Origin: Serratia marcescens
GTDB lineage: Bacteria; Pseudomonadota; Gammaproteobacteria; Enterobacterales; Enterobacteriaceae
Direction: 5' to 3'
DNA length: 32,000 nucleotides
Assembly (NCBI GenBank): GCA_015548865.1
Contig: JADMXW010000012.1
Location: 49,045 to 81,044, forward strand
Shown here one piece after another: positions 30,487-32,000 of the stretch. The position numbers and the translations under genes were made by a program. The stretch's first letter is position 1. Every line of letters starts with the position of its first letter. Below the pieces are notes generated by a model. That model did not search any database. It was not told the DNA's origin and saw only the letters and a list, made by a program, of their open reading frames with translations.

Positions 30487-30570
30487 CTTCTACGATCATT
30501 TCCATATTAATTAACCTCCCCTTCTGTTTAGAATGAAACCTCTACGGTTTTGTCATATCAGGTTGTATCT

Positions 30571-31629
30571 ATGGGAAGGGTTTCACCCTTTACACAGTGG
30601 GGAGTCCTGCTGGTTGTTTCTCTGCTGTTTGGGTTGGTATTGCAGTGGTTCCATGTTCCGGCAGCGTTTCTGTTAGGACCGATGATTATTGGCGTAATCA
30701 TGGGGCTCAAAGGGGCGACGATCCGCATGCCACCGGCTTACTTTTGGGCTGCTAATGCCATCCTTGGTTGTTTGGTAGCGCAAAGCCTTTCCCTCTCTAT
30801 TCTGAGTCCGCTGTTGAATGAATGGCCGTTAGTGCTGGGCATTCTGGTGGCAACCCTGGCCGCCAGCGGTTTTTCTGGTTGGTTACTGGTTCGGTTTAGC
30901 GCGTTGCCCGGTACAACAGGTGCCTGGGGCGCGTCGCCTGGTGGTGCCTCGGCGATGGTCGCTATGTCGAGCGAGTTTGGTGCTGACGTGCGTTTGGTGG
31001 CATTTATGCAATACCTGCGCGTACTGATGGTGACGGCTGCCGCAGCGTTTGTGGCGCGCTTGAGCTTGGGTGAAACCGCTGCACATAACACCGCAGCACT
31101 GATCTGGTTTCCCGCGCTCGATTGGCGTTTTTTCGCGACCTTAGGTGTGGCATTTTGCGGCGTGCTGCTGGGGCGTTGGCTGCGTCTTCCGTCCGGCGCA
31201 CTGCTAGGGCCGATGATCCTCGGTGCTGCGCTGCACTCTACTGGCACGTTGATGCTGCAAACGCCGGAGTGGATACTGGCATTGGCCTATGCGTTTATCG
31301 GCTGGAGTGTCGGATTGAGTTTTACCCGTCCGATTTTCCTGCTGGCAATTCGTACTTTGCCACATATGATGGCTTCTATCGTCGGGCTGATGGTACTGTG
31401 CGGGGGAATGGCTTACGGGGTAACGCTGTTGCTACCGGTGGATATTCTTACCGCGTATTTAGCAACCAGCCCCGGCGGGCTGGATTCTATTGCGGTCATT
31501 GCGGCGGGCAGCAACGTCGACATGGCTTTTGTGATTGCGATGCAAACGCTGCGGCTGTTTTCGACGCTGCTGTTCAGTCCCGTACTGTCGCGTTACATCT
31601 CACGCCATACTGCGCTGAACGCGACGTAA
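30571..31629 (+). CDS. AbrB-family (AbrB duplication / putative ammonia monooxygenase-like, PF05145-type) integral membrane protein
   Basis: Polytopic hydrophobic protein with internal duplication (GPMIIG... and GPMILG...). ATG 30571 preferred over the track's TTG at 30550. Confidence 0.7.
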   Translation: MGRVSPFTQWGVLLVVSLLFGLVLQWFHVPAAFLLGPMIIGVIMGLKGATIRMPPAYFWAANAILGCLVAQSLSLSILSPLLNEWPLVLGILVATLAASGFSGWLLVRFSALPGTTGAWGASPGGASAMVAMSSEFGADVRLVAFMQYLRVLMVTAAAAFVARLSLGETAAHNTAALIWFPALDWRFFATLGVAFCGVLLGRWLRLPSGALLGPMILGAALHSTGTLMLQTPEWILALAYAFIGWSVGLSFTRPIFLLAIRTLPHMMASIVGLMVLCGGMAYGVTLLLPVDILTAYLATSPGGLDSIAVIAAGSNVDMAFVIAMQTLRLFSTLLFSPVLSRYISRHTALNAT

Positions 31630-32000
31630 TTTCCGCTGGGCCATCAGAGCGTCGATGATAAACAGCGCCAGCGCTGCCCAGATAAACCCGAATGCAACCA
31701 TTTTGTCGCTGCCGAGTGGTTCACCATATAAGGTGACGGCGATAATAAACATCAGCGTAGGACCAAGGTACTGGAAAAAACCGAGCGTAGAAAGGCGCAT
31801 TCTTACCGCAGCTGCGGTGAAGAACAGCAGCGGCACGGTGGTTACGATCCCTGCGCTTACCAACAGCAGATTGAGCGTTGTACTGTTATTGCTGAGGTGG
31901 CTACTTGGCGTATCAGCAATAAAAAACAAGTAGATAATTGCGGCAGGCAGCAACCATAGCGTTTCAATCAGCATTCCGGTTTGGCCGTCCACGCCGAGTT
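31600..32000 (-). CDS. rarD: EamA/RarD family transporter, C-terminal part; the gene starts beyond the window end
   Basis: Hydrophobic EamA-type repeat ending ...RKLRRVQRSMA. Position downstream of corA as in E. coli. Its 3' end overlaps the convergent AbrB-family gene by 30 nt. Confidence 0.75.
   Translation of the reverse strand, partial: LGVDGQTGMLIETLWLLPAAIIYLFFIADTPSSHLSNNSTTLNLLLVSAGIVTTVPLLFFTAAAVRMRLSTLGFFQYLGPTLMFIIAVTLYGEPLGSDKMVAFGFIWAALALFIIDALMAQRKLRRVQRSMA

Overview
Enterobacterales chromosomal segment. The backbone follows the E. coli K-12 gene order as I recall it: yifK, argX-hisR-leuT-proM, hemYXDC (minus strand), cyaA, cyaY, lptM (yifL), dapF, yigA, xerC, yigB, uvrD, corA, rarD. 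Between proM and hemY, where E. coli has aslB-aslA, lies a roughly 14 kb accessory block (about 1.1-15.1 kb). It contains: (i) an orphan amino-acid ABC substrate-binding lipoprotein and a YbdH/GldA-like Fe-ADH family oxidoreductase. (ii) A six-gene cluster of fumarate-lyase-superfamily lyase, GNAT acetyltransferase, ABC binding protein, permease, ATPase and M20 amidohydrolase. This matches the lyase-type S-(2-succino)cysteine (2SC) salvage pathway, a yxe-like operon in which a lyase replaces the YxeK monooxygenase. The cluster is punctuated by three ERIC/IRU repeats. (iii) A visibly AT-rich islet encoding a small Cys-rich lipoprotein and a secreted S10 serine carboxypeptidase. (iv) A GH1 6-phospho-beta-glucosidase gene split by an IS110/IS1111-type insertion sequence. 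The most interesting object is that IS. Its non-coding arms contain short exact copies of the uninterrupted target site: 10 nt spanning the insertion point, plus 8-nt reverse-complement matches to each flank. There are also 12-bp subterminal inverted repeats and a sigma70 promoter that would only be assembled on a circularised junction. This is what is expected of an IS-encoded bridge/seek guide RNA system. All calls rest on reading the sequence, the ORF translations and recalled family motifs; no database search was run.
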